Origin: Malacoraja senta
Taxonomy: Eukaryota
Assembly: GCA_038087875.1 (NCBI GenBank)
Contig: CM075978.1
Coordinates: 162,688,001 to 162,752,000 of the forward strand
DNA length: 64,000 bases
Reading direction: 5' to 3'
Made by a program: the position numbers and the translations under genes. Shown in pieces: positions 14,159-25,989 of the stretch (within the stretch, counting starts at the first letter, position 1; each line of letters starts with the position of its first letter). The notes below the pieces were generated by a model. That model saw only the letters and a program-made list of their open reading frames with translations, ran no database searches and was not told the DNA's origin.

Positions 14159-14662
14159 TATTCCAACCCATCTCCCTGTCCTTCTATGTTTATCCATCTG
14201 TCCTGCCACCACATTCCTTCCAAATAACAAACCATTTGCTCCAGGGTTGAAGCTCCCTCCTGCCAAGCAGCTTCAAATTCTCATGATGTGGTCGTTAGAA
14301 AAGGCCGCATCGTGTAGAGGTTTAGAAAGAACTAATTTCCTGTTGATTATTGATAAGTCCACTGTGAATTGTTATTGCAGAATAATAATTGCCATCTATC
14401 ATTGTGCAAAGATTTATTTAACCAGCTGAGCACAACATATTAACTGTGACTCAAACATTAAACATTCTCCATGTGTAATGTTCACTGTGAGAACACATCT
14501 GCATTTAAATAGTCCATTAGCGCTTTTCCAAGAAGTTTACAGATTTTCCACACTAGATTCTGCTCCATCCAACTATATTCTCCATATCCAACACCATGAC
14601 CTTCTCCAGGCCCTGATTCTGGCCCAGATTCCAGGCTCAGACTTTATCCAACATCCATGACT

Positions 14663-15002
14663 TGATAGACACAAAATGCTGGAGTAACTCAACGGGTCAG
14701 GCAGCATCTCTGGAGAAAATGGATATGTGATGCTTCGGGTCGGGACGCTTCTTCAGACTGCTTGTAGGATTTAGAGTTGGGGGAAAAATAGTGTAAGTGA
14801 AGAAAGAAAAATAAGGACAAATTAGAGGCGGCAACAGATGACCTCAGGCAAGGAGGTTCCCTGATATGCTAGTAGTTGGCTGGAGATGATGTGAGCCCAA
14901 GAGAAATATCTAGATGTGAACTGTGGAACCAATTAACAAACTTTTACTGGACGAAGGGAGGGGGGAGGGGGCAAGGGGGAGAGGGGGGAGAGGGGGGAAG
15001 GG
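14663..15002 (-). mobile_element. Penelope-derived element: terminus plus longer purine-rich 3' UTR
   Basis: atagacacaaaatgctggagtaactc...cttcttcagactg followed by purine-rich sequence ending in a G-tract cluster (14954-15002). Confidence 0.7.
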
Positions 15003-15030
15003 ATGTGTATTGCAGAAGTTACAGCATTGC

Positions 15031-15298
15031 ATCGCCGGAGACCCGGGTTCAATCCTGACTACGGGTGCTGTCTGTACAGAGTTTGTACGTTCTCCCCGTG
15101 ACCACATGGGTTTCCTCTGAGATCTTTGGTTTCCTCCCACACTCCAAAGACGTACAGGTATGTAGGTTAATGGGCTTGGTGTATGTGCGATTGTCCCTAG
15201 TGTGCGTAGGATGGTGTTAATGTGTGTGGGGATTGCTGCTCGGTGTGGACTCGGTGGGCCGAAGGGCCTGTTTCTGCACTGTATCACTAAACTAAACT
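15031..15298 (+). mobile_element. HE1-like V-SINE, head slightly truncated
   Basis: B-box gggttcaatcc, V-domain gtttgtacgttctccccgtg...ttcctcccacactccaaagac, CR1-like tail gggccgaagggcctgtttc and (taaac)n end. Confidence 0.92.
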
Positions 15299-15564
15299 TA
15301 AAATTGAATAATCCAATAATCCATGATTTGTAGTTTAAGTTTCTAGACATACCATAGATGAAGGGAAATAATAGGTGCTCACAATGTGCAATTTATATGA
15401 GGTCAGGTATCCCATCAACTTCAATTGGAAAATACTGTGGATAGGAAGAGCACCATAATGCACAGATTGCACCTTTGTAAAAGTACACAATAAACACTAC
15501 CACCTTCTGACAAAGAAAATACCACAGCTGGGTAAATATTAGCATTCTGTCACATATACTTCTC

Positions 15565-15680
15565 ATTTCAGGTAGATGAACCTCATCAACCTGAAACATT
15601 AACCACTTCTCTACAGCGCTTCTCTACTTCTTTAGATGTCTCCTCATCTGCTGAGTACTCACAGCATTTTCTGTTTTTAA
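15565..15680 (+). mobile_element. Decayed Penelope-derived short element (older subfamily)
   Basis: gatgaacctcatcaacctgaaacattaac...ctgctgagtactcacagcattttctgtttt. Confidence 0.55.
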
Positions 15681-17633
15681 TCTCTGTTAAAGCCTTTTCA
15701 GAGAGAAATGAGTTGTTAAAATTTTTTTTTTTAAAGGACAAGAGCAGTCGGCAATTGGTTTCACACCTGGCACTATTGTGAAAGAAAACCAGTGTGCAAA
15801 ATAAGCTGCCAATTTATGTATTTAGCTCCTGGCATTAAAGGTTAAAATTGTCTCTGTTTTCTCTTGCTTTAAGTCATTTCTTTCTCATCGGTTTATTCTT
15901 GTCTGAGTTATTATTTTATACCTTCATTCATCAGTTTTCTATCACGCATTTTGCCATTTAAAATTAATGTTTGCTCTAAGTCCTAATCTTCACTCACACA
16001 CTTGCTGTCATCCAAGAGAGATAATGGACAGCCAATGATCTCAGAGCCTCATGGCAATGCTGCAGCTGGGATGGTCACTAGAAGCCGTGTGAAAGAAGTT
16101 ATCAATTTTATTTTATTATGAGAAACTGGCCTCTGCATTGTCTGTGGCTATTTGAACTTCTGCAATGAACTAAAATGTATTGACAATATTATCCATCAGA
16201 GCAAGAAATGCATAACATAATATGTTGCACGTTTTCTGTAAGTATTGCAAAATTTGAAAACATTTTATTCCAACCATCAGCTAGTCAAAAATTCATTTGT
16301 TTCCCCTCCTTTCATTATTGACGGTCATTCCTCAATGTATGTACCCCACTGTAATTTTCTTTCAAAGCCTCAACCTCTGTTTGGACTATGATGTAAGAAC
16401 AGGAGGCAGCAGCAATTGAGAGAGGGTGAAAGTTGCATTCGATTTTGATCCATTTCCTATTTTAAATTGCAAAATTACTTCTCACACAATAGAAAAATCA
16501 GTATTTCCACCCAGGCCACCAAGTCTATGATGTTTCCTGCAAGTAATTTCTTGGGAGAGTCAGCAGACTTTGATATTGTGCCACAGGAGCTGAAAACTTA
16601 AACCTTGTCCTTTGATCAAATGAGGGGTAACGTATCCATTTCCATCGCAATCATGAAGTAAAATCAGAAGCTAAAGAGTGCTCGAACATATCGCGATTAA
16701 CACTTCAGGGTTCAGATGACAGTTATAACCACTTGTGCTTTGCAGATCCAATTGACAATTCACTTACTCATGTCAAAATATTATGCTTTCCTTCCATATT
16801 TCAAGGAATTAAGAAAAATAGGGCTGCCAATAAAATTTCTAATCTGTTAGTGCGTTTGCATATTATAAACTTGGCAGTTACACATTAACCTATGAATTCA
16901 CTTCTCAGTCAGATTAAATTCTGACTTGAGGGTGTAACATATATTTATTGTTTGAAAAGTATGTTCAATCTAGTCCTGGGCGAGATGTAACTTTTGATTT
17001 GATTGTTGAAAGGTATTTTAATTTGCGATCTGGAGTTGAAAATAAAATGAATAATGTATCTAATGAACTAGAACACTGGTTAAGCATTTGCTATTCTCAA
17101 GGTTAATTAGAATAATTCTTCTGAGCAGTATAGTTGGTGAGTTGATGATAAAGGCTTTGTTCCCTTATTTAATATTTCTGATTAATTTTAATAAACTTAT
17201 CAGCTTCTTTATCCATCTCACAGCTAAGATTCTGAATCACTTACGCTTCCTCTCCACTGCTACTTTTGAATGATCTGAAGTATCCAAAATCATATGGCCC
17301 AAATTGAATGGTAGAATCCAATTACTATCCTCTTCCACTGGATTGGATATCTTTAGGAATAATTGTACATATTGTACAACTTTTTTGCAATTACATTGCA
17401 TATAGTAATTAGAAGGATGAATTTAGTTTCAAGTTACAAGATATCACAATTTTAATGTTCAACTGAAATTTTGGGCTGGAAGATTTCCATTGAGAAATTT
17501 GCTCCACATATTTTGAAGGTTTTCCATTGCAATTGTTCCCAAAATAAATGTTCTTCAAATGGCATCAACACTAGTGCAGTATGTCTGCAGTGAGATTTGC
17601 AACCTGATGGTCTGAAAAATGCCAGTTCCTATT

Positions 17634-17752
17634 AGGGTCTCGACCTGAAACTTCACCCATTCTTTCTCTCCAGAGACGCTGCCTGTCCCGCTGAGTTACT
17701 CCAGCATTTTGTGTTGTATGCAAGATTCCAGCACCTGCAGTTCTTTTTATCT
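17634..17752 (+). mobile_element. Penelope-derived short element
   Basis: agggtctcgacctgaaacttcacccattc...gctgagttactccagcattttgtg...ctgcagttc. Confidence 0.85.
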
Positions 17753-18567
17753 ACTCAAATAATAACTAGGCATTACCAAACACATTTTGCCAGAAATTGC
17801 ACAATTTAAAGAGGCAACACTCGAGCTGCCTTCTGACCTCCTAACCAACATCACACGTGTTATTACTGCCTAGAACATGGACATCAGGATCACTATCAGC
17901 TTTCCGGTTTTAGGATTATTCCAGGTTGCCACACCATAAGCTGCTGCACACTGCTACATTAGGGAAGTTATACAAACTGCACACTTAAGGAGTGGAGATT
18001 TATTCTACTTTGCCTGCAGCCCAGGGGCATAGTTAGTTAGCCAGGTATTTTCTTGCATTGCAGGTTTCTTGAAAGTACAGGCATTGGAGATTGTACTCAT
18101 ATCCATAGGGAAACTTCCTCAGCAACCAGGAGTGTGACCACGTTGACAAAGTGCATGCCTCCTGCAGACATTAATCTTCACTACTTCTCAAGGACTCCTT
18201 GACCCACGAGGACTCTCCGCCCATCCCTCATCACTTCCCTAACTGCAGCATTTATTTATTATGTTGCAACATTCCTCAGTAGTTGGAAGAGTGTTGCTTG
18301 TACAGTGGTCTCCCCCTTTAAAACCTGAACACAAAAATCATACATGCTGTACTCCATGTTGAGACAGTAAGAATTTGCAGAACATCAGTTGAGATGGCCA
18401 CACTGAAATTAAACATGTGATTATTAACATAACATTGGCATCACAGAGAAAAGTCAACAAAGCTCCTGTGTCATCCTCAGAACTGAAATTCTCACATTCT
18501 GTGTGCTTTTTACAAACAGGATTGAGATGGTCCACAATTCTGTACAGGCAACAACTGAACATCATAG

Positions 18568-18777
18568 AAGATAGACACAAAACGCTGGAGTAACTCAGCG
18601 AGACAGGCAGCATCTCTGGAGGGAAGGAATGGGTGACGTTTCGGGTCGAGACCCTTCTTCAGACCTGGAACATTACCAATTCCTTCTCTCCAGAGATGCT
18701 GCCTGTCTCGCTGAGTTACTCCAGCATTTTGTGTCTATCTTTAGTGTAAACCAGCATCTGCAGTTCCTTCCCACACA
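18568..18777. mobile_element. Penelope-derived inverted-repeat (hairpin) insertion
   Basis: Arms at about 18568-18642 and 18667-18741 are near-perfect reverse complements. TSD gaacatca at 18557-18564 and 18778-18785. Confidence 0.9.
18632..18665 (-). ncRNA. Minimal type-I hammerhead ribozyme motif
   Basis: Minus strand GGU-CUGAAGA-A-GGGU(CUCG)ACCC-GAAA-C-GUC-ACC: complete core, GUC triplet, palindromic ACGU stem III, 3-bp stem I. Confidence 0.65.
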
Positions 18778-18844
18778 GAACATCACGGAGTTGTTTCTAG
18801 GCCTTTATTTTATTTAACCGCACCTTTCCTCTGCAGTTGTTAAT

Positions 18845-18984
18845 CTTCTTCTTCTTGCTTATGGTGTGCACAGCCTAAAGTTGGAAGTCAACTTGTTCTA
18901 TTTGATCTATTTGTTTGTGCACGTCAGGTTGATTGCATTAGTCAAAACAGGGTGGACCACGTGCAGGTTGCAATCTCCCAACCC
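18845..18984 (-). mobile_element. 140-bp non-autonomous non-LTR retroelement with (GAA)n tail, probably Vingi/Ingi-derived
   Basis: TSD agttgttaat at 18835-18844 and 18985-18994. 3' end ...gctgtgcacaccataagcaagaagaagaag. No tRNA A/B box. Confidence 0.85.
18931..18984 (-). ncRNA. Minimal HDV-like self-cleaving ribozyme (54 nt)
   Basis: GGGUUGG-GA-GAUUGCA-ACC-UGCACGU-GGU-CCACCCU-GU-UUUGA-CUAA-UGCAAUC = P1, J1/2, P2, P3, L3, P3', P1', P1.1, reduced P4, J4/2 with catalytic C, P2'. Confidence 0.75.
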
Positions 18985-20185
18985 AGTTGTTAATAAAGGC
19001 CAGTTTTTTCCCCCAAGTGCTCTCCAAGCACTGAGATTAATTGGTAACCGAAATAATCCACCCAAAATAAACAACCTGCTGCCAAGGGGAAATAAATGTT
19101 CACCAAATGCACAGATCAGTATGGTGTTTGTCTTCATATCAAATATGCCTAAGTTCCCTTCATATTATACTATTTATAATATTTAATTTTAGTCATAAAC
19201 AAAATTGCAAATTTCATGAAAAATAATATTTCCAAATAGGAGATTTTCAATCAAAGCTCTTCTTTTATTCAACTGAATATTAGACAAATTACATTCGGAT
19301 TTTCTTCTACAAGAACATGGCGAAGGAAAATCTATTCAGTCAAGAAGTTCTTTCACAGAAAAGTGAGATAATTGCAATTATTAAATGTTTCTGCAGAGGT
19401 CACTGAAAAAGAAATGGTTCAGGAACAATTCTTTCCAATCTGAGAAACTTTCCTGGCTACAGGAACATGGGGCTTGATTCTTGTTTTGAATTCCATGGCT
19501 AACTGTGAGGATATCCTGCCCCTTCTGTGAAGAACCCATATCTCTCCTCCTCTGCTTTTTCCTCCTCTCCTCCAATAAAGTCTTCCAGGGAAGTGATGTC
19601 AAGTCATGTAGAGTCCTCTCTCTCTCTCCCATACAGCTCCATCTTCGGTGTATCCCAGGTCAGAATGAGTTCCAGAGCAACCAGCACTTACAACCATCAC
19701 AATGCATGTCCCTGCTCTTGGCTCCAAGTAGCTTTAAGTGGTACCAGTCACTCATGGTTTTGTTCCCTGTTGAGGCACTCAGCCAATGAATAGAATGGTT
19801 AACACTGGCTCTACATAGCAATCACACAAATATGTTGGAAGGAAGAAGTTGTTGTCGCTATTAATGCAGCTGGCACAGGTTAATTGCACTCTGTGATCCC
19901 ATTATCCATTCTCAAGAGCTAACCAATTTGAATCCTATGATTCTGCCCATTGTTCCAATGGAAACTATTTGTAAAATACAAATGTCTTTAAGAATTATAA
20001 CAGTAGTTTATCTGACTATTAAACACTTGGCATATTTTAGAATGGGTATACATCTCTTTTATCTTCAGCTCCTATACTAATTTCCATTGCCTTTGCACTC
20101 CTCCTACTTCTTACAATGGTACTAACATGAAAATGATCGTAATTAGGAGGGAAAGGAATCTACAACTAATATGATGGCGTATAGG

Positions 20186-20299
20186 CTCCCTGAATGCCCA
20201 TTTCATGTTTCATGTATCTTGCTGTGCTTTATGACTGCTGTCAGATCAATTTCCCACGTGGGATAAATAAAGTTCTATCGTATCGTGTCGTATCGTATT
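20186..20299 (+). mobile_element. Severely 5'-truncated LINE 3' end with (TATCG)n tail (possibly Rex1/Babar-like)
   Basis: ggataaataaagttctatcgtatcgtgtcgtatcgtatt, with TSD gtatagg at 20179-20185 and 20300-20306. Confidence 0.7.
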
Positions 20300-20410
20300 G
20301 TATAGGATTTGTCTACTCACAGTCTGATTGTTTGTAATATGGATACTAAATCTGAAGGTAATTTAGATACAGTTGTTTGCAAATATTTTCAAAATTTCCA
20401 AACTATTGCA

Positions 20411-21113
20411 AATTGTTTACAGCTCTCAACTTGCATGCGAGATACAAAGAGATTGATTTTTACCAGGCATGGATAATCAGTCCAGCTTTTCTTATCTTTA
20501 TCCTTCCTTTGTTGTAGACAGCCCCAGTGACCTGGTTCAATTCTGACCTCAGCTGCTGTCCATGTAGATTTGTACTTTCTCTCTGTGGCTGTAAAGGGTT
20601 TCCCATAAGTGCTCTGTTTCCTCCAACATCCCAAAGGTGGCCATTGTCAATTGTCCCTTTGTATACAGATGGGTGGAAGAATCCAGGGGGATTGACGGGA
20701 AGGTGGGAGGAATAGGTTTACAGGGAAAATTATTGGGAGAATGGGATTGTTCTGATGAATGGGTCAAAATGGCTTCCTTTAATGTTGTACGGAATTATGG
20801 AAAGATGAAATGTGTTCTCATGCTGTAAGATAACTTGACTCATAACATTCACTACAATTCAATACTTTTGAAGTACAGGAAATGACCCCTGGAATTTGGT
20901 TAATGATTGGGGTAAAAAATCAAATCAATTTGCACTAAATTATTTATGAAAATATTACTAATAGAGATATTATGTTTCTGAGAGGGCAAGGTTTTCTCTT
21001 TACTGTCTACAACAAAGGAAGGAGAAAGTTAAGATGAGCTAGAACGATTATGCATGCATGGTAAAAATCAATATTTTTGTATCTCGCATGCAAGTTGAGA
21101 GCTGTGAACAAAT
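20411..21113. repeat. Long inverted repeat, arms of about 110 bp
   Basis: 20411-20521 is a close reverse complement of 21003-21113, including the exact 27-nt core acagctctcaacttgcatgcgagatac. Confidence 0.9.
20522..20800 (+). mobile_element. Degenerate V-SINE inside the inverted repeat
   Basis: cctggttcaattctgacc...gctgtccatgtagatttgtac...gggtttccc...gtttcctccaacatcccaaag. Confidence 0.7.
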
Positions 21114-22845
21114 CCATTCTCGAGAAGAATCAGGTCAGAGTACGAAAGTGGATGTGGGTACCTTCGTTAACGTATGGGTGTTGTGGTGGAATCTCACCAT
21201 CAAATTATTATTCTGACTTCTCTGGAATCTAAAAAAAGTTTTTGTGAAGTTTCATTATAGTTCAGAACAAATACGACATAAGTGTCCCATTCACCACAGG
21301 TGCTGATATGCTGCACTGATACGGCAGGGGTGTAAGAATCATTATCGGTATATTACTGCGTGATCCTACTAAAACTCTCAGTGTTCGAATACCACCATTT
21401 GCCATCTGTGAAACAAAGCAGGCATCTTTTTTTAATTGGGACTATAAAAGCGAGTAAAGTCACAAGTACTTGGAATAGATACTGTCCAATCACACATGGT
21501 TAATGTTTTAGTTGAGTTTGTTAGGTTTCCTTTAGAAAACAAAGAACGAGCTTCCATTATAAACTAGCTTGGAATCATCTCAATACTCCATAGGGCATTT
21601 CAATCAATCATATGCCAGCAGCAGTGCATGTACTTATTTAAGAAGTTAGGAATATTAGAACAGCGGAATCTGACAAATCTGCCATAATACACTGGCCAGT
21701 TTCACAGTGGTTATTCTTGGCCAAAAAAAAAATGCGGCAATGGATGAAGATATGTTACTTTCTCCCCGTGTTCATCGGCATCATTCATTCTTACACTGGA
21801 TTTAAAAAAATAAAAGTTATCTTTTAAGATCGCAAAAGCAGGTTAACGGTCAGATTTATGGCACTCAATAATCTTCATGATCAGTTAAACAGTAACCTCA
21901 GAATTGCATTCAGGAGAACATCTCTTCCCTGCATGGTAGAATGCAAGTCCCATAGTGATTGACCTTTATGTATTAATAAAATCAACTACCGGCAGCCATG
22001 TAACTATCGGGTGGTTCTCAGAGAATGCCAAGCTTATGTCCACACATCTGCCATACACATGTGGACTCACTGTGTGTCAAGATTCTTAAATGTTAACTGT
22101 TTGCACTAGCGTTGGATTTACTCGATATTTCACTGACACCGAGCAAATATCGTATCAAATTCATGTCTGCAAGCTGAAGAAAGAAACAAAATTTGTAATC
22201 TGGGCCAATTAAGATATATTAACAAGTTTGTTGAATTTGAAATATTGGCTGTTTTGATGTTTTGATCCAAATATCAATATCAGCAAGAGGATGAATGATT
22301 TCCAACATTCCTGGGGGGAAAGAGTGGTTGAGGAATACATCCTTCTTTCTGTGTGGTTGTTAATCCATTAATGTGTTCGTGGCATTGCAGTGATTGCGGC
22401 TGTGATCCATGGTGCTCTGGTGTAAGGCGACATGTGCCTGATAGTGTGTGGAGGAGCGAAGCCTAGTTCACGGATTGTGAAAATGTTTCACTGTTTCAGA
22501 ATGCACGCAGATGAAAGATGAACACGATTAAAAGGTGAAGTCTCTTACCATTTACAGATTTTGCAGGACGTGTTATTTATTTGCTAATTATAAAAGCAGC
22601 AAATGTAAAATACATTTTACAGGTAGATAAGACATGTGCTAATGATTCCCAACTAACCTACCACTAATGATATAAAGGATAAAGTGATCAGAAACATAGC
22701 ATTATTAGCACACTGGATAACATGAGTTTGTATTGTCGAGTATATTTCCATTTAAGTTGTTTGTTTTATTTGTTGCAGCATGTAGATTACAAGCATCAGA
22801 ATACTTGTTTCTTAATCAATAGTCGCAGTATTATCTGCCACATAC

Positions 22846-23047
22846 CTTTGCTGGATAAATGTCACTGGCTTTTGGCCAGATTATCTAGTTTGTGTGTCAT
22901 GGGGGAAAAGCAAAAGACATGATCTATCTTGCACTGGTGAGTTATGGCTGGTGCTGGCAGATCATGAAGCAGCACTGATGGTGGTCAAAGAGATGCCCGT
23001 TGTCCAGATGATCCCAGCCTGCCAACTATAGGATATGAGCTTTCAGT
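22846..23047 (-). other. Candidate non-coding exon (202 nt) of a minus-strand transcript
   Basis: Strong acceptor ttgttttccttctctcattttgttctcttccag|ACTG and donor AAG|GTATGT. Stops in all frames; only short uORF-like ATGs. Confidence 0.5.
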
Positions 23048-25170
23048 CTGGAAGAGAACAAAATGAGAGAAGGAAAACAAGTAAAAGAACTCAAATCACA
23101 ATTTAAGTACACATTCCTTATCTGCAAGCCCTCTGAAACATATTAACAAATACATACTCTTAAAAAATCGTTATCAAAGGATAAAGGGCAATACAGCAAA
23201 GGTTTAAAGTTGAGTACCAACTCTCGTTAATCCTCAACTGCTAAAGTATACAAAGTATATCAGTTATAAAGCTGACTAGCTAGCACAGATAGAACAGGTG
23301 TGCTCCAAAAAAAGATCCGTGTTTTAAAAGCTGCAGGATATGCCTTTTTAATTATTTCAATGCAATTATGAACTAGAAAACTTTCTGTGATTTTATCTTT
23401 CAACTCAACTAGCAAGAATGCCTGAAGAAGAACATGTATGGCTTTAATCCAACTGAAACGCTGGAGTGATTTTAGGTAGATTCAATTCCCAAAATGGACC
23501 CTTGCAAAAATCTTGCTTCTACAGTATGCAGCCATGGCTAATTCACACTGCCACACTCAAAATTGCTTCTGCCAGCCTGCTTTATTCAATATTGTTTTTG
23601 TTTTCATTTTAATTAAGAAATATAGTTGCAGTCCACGATCTGAAGGGAAAAAGTAACACAGATCTATTTTAACTGAGCAATTCTTCAAGAAAAAGTGTTG
23701 TTGAAAAATTTCACTATAGCCTTCATTATAGTGGCATTATGCTTTAGATATCTTGAATGAAAGAGTATCATTGTTAAAAAAAAAACAATTTAAGAGGATT
23801 TAAGTTTCATGAATAAAGTTAGCCAAATGCAATGAGAAATGTTAAATTTAATATATATTGCAATTAAAATATATTATTCTGATTAAGTGATTTTGAGCAG
23901 ATATCATACTGATTTCTAGTTTACAAACTGATTCTCAAAACCAGCCAAAGCAAAGCAGGCATTCAAAATATTTCAAACATTATCATATTAAACTAAAGCT
24001 GCACATAATAATGACCAAGTATTGATAATCAAATGAAGTCTCCCTGTTTCATGAACAGGGGATTACATGAAGTTATTAATAGAAGGGATTCATTTTGTAT
24101 ACAGATTTGAATCTCTAAACCATTGCAAATTGCAAAGTTGAAGCTTTCTATAAATTAAGTGTGTGCAGAGGAGATGATATTCAATAAAATACTTTAAGCC
24201 CTGATCCAAAAATCAAATATACTTGACATTTTTCAACAATACAAATGCAGTGTTCACATCTGTAATAGAAAATAAAAGGGTTAAAACATTTTAAAGCAAA
24301 TCATTTCTGCCAACGCACTAGCCTCCATCTCTCTTCAACCCGTGTTTTATCACTGAAAACGTTTCCATAGTTTTAGCAACATAAAACTTGTTTTGATCAT
24401 CAGAATATAAATTTGATATTTTTAGCATTATTTTTTCTGCAAATTATTCTTACTACTTTTTAAATTCTATCTCCTTTTAAAACCTGATCCTTTAATAATC
24501 TGAAACTATCAGAAACTATATAGTTCTACATTGTTTTTAACACCTATTGCATTTGAATTCTATGAATTATGAATCTTCAGTATTTTATCCTGACTTTTAT
24601 TTCACTATTCAATAATTTCAATGATGTCAGACCACAGACATTATCAAAACCTAGATTTTCAGTAATTTTTCTACCAACCTTTAAACACAGACAGATCATG
24701 CCTCTATTGAGAAGAAAACAATTTGAACCTCAGAATTCCAGTGCATTAAATTAAGCTACTGAATTTCATAAAGATAGTTCTTAAATCGACAACAAAATAG
24801 ACTGAACGTGGTACTAAACTGTATGTGGTGAGGTCGAGGTTTCTCTATTTCAAAGGAAGTTGCGGGGGAGTGGAGTCAGGAGCAAGGATTCATTTACCCA
24901 CGAAAATATTTTGGAAAAATAACCCATAAAATACTTCCTCACAGTACTAAATACTCTATTGATTGCTTCCCAAGTAAACGAGTAACAATTTATTTTTTTA
25001 ACCCACTCATGAGGGGTAAATAAATAAATAAATTTGTTCTCACATATCTCAGTTCCACAACTATATACACATCTACATGTAACATTGTGAGCAACTACTT
25101 TCCACCTCGTGTCATCTGTTAAGGCTTCTTTTTAACTGAAGGATAGGAAATGTATAAAATGTAAGGAAGG

Positions 25171-25989
25171 GTCTCACCAATCTGTGATAAATGTATATGT
25201 CAAGAAGCTACCATAGCACATTCTTTTGTTTTTTGTACAAAAATCCAAAAATTCTGGTTTGAAATATTTGATATTTTTTCAAAATTAATCAAAATAAAAC
25301 TGGTACCAAAACCAGAATGGATTATTTTTGGAATATCGGAAGGTATTCCTGAATTAAACGTGTATCAGAAGAATTTACTCAATTATGGGCTAATAATGGG
25401 AAAAAAGCTTATACTTAAATTCTGGAAAAATGCGCCCACACCAACAATAAAAATGTGGACATCAAATATGTTGGAAACATTACATCTGGAAGAGATGAGA
25501 TTCCTCCTAGTAGGCAAAGTAGATCAATTTCAAAAGACGTGGTCTACGTTTTTGGACCTATTACAAGCATGAGGTGCAATAGTAATTTAGAAAAACAAAT
25601 AAATAAATAAAAGGTATCTGGACCTGGTAATGGGAGGTAAAATAAAAACAGACTTGGTTGGTAGTTCCTTCTCTATGAAGTATGGTATAAGAGTTATAAT
25701 AGAGCGATTGTTCCTTCTTTCTTTCTCTTTTTTTTTTCTAGGGTCTATTTTCTAACTTTACTTCCTTCTCTAACTTCTTTTCTAAGGGGCTTTCTTTTCC
25801 CAACACTCTTTTGCACTTCACAACCTTTGCGCACTTTCTTCACTTTTCTTACTTCTTTCTTTTTCTTTCTTAAAGTTTAAAAAAGTGAAGCGGTACAAAA
25901 AATGTATTAATATATACGTGTTGTACATTACTGTAATCTACCGTACTTCTAAAAAATAAAAAAAATAAAAAATAAATAAATAAATAAAA
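25171..25989 (+). mobile_element. Young 5'-truncated L1-clade LINE
   Basis: Stop-free ORF2 C-terminus 25171-25572 starting VSPICDKCICQEATIAHSFVFC (CCHC knuckle), then 3' UTR and A-rich tail. 15-bp TSD aaaatgtaaggaagg at 25156-25170 and 25990-26004. Confidence 0.9.

Noticed and set aside
13788-14429. 213-aa ORF
   Set aside because: Chance read-through across Penelope termini and a CR1 3' UTR; no coherent domain.
21560-21780. Possible Deu-domain SINE relic
   Set aside because: Similarity too weak to support by eye.
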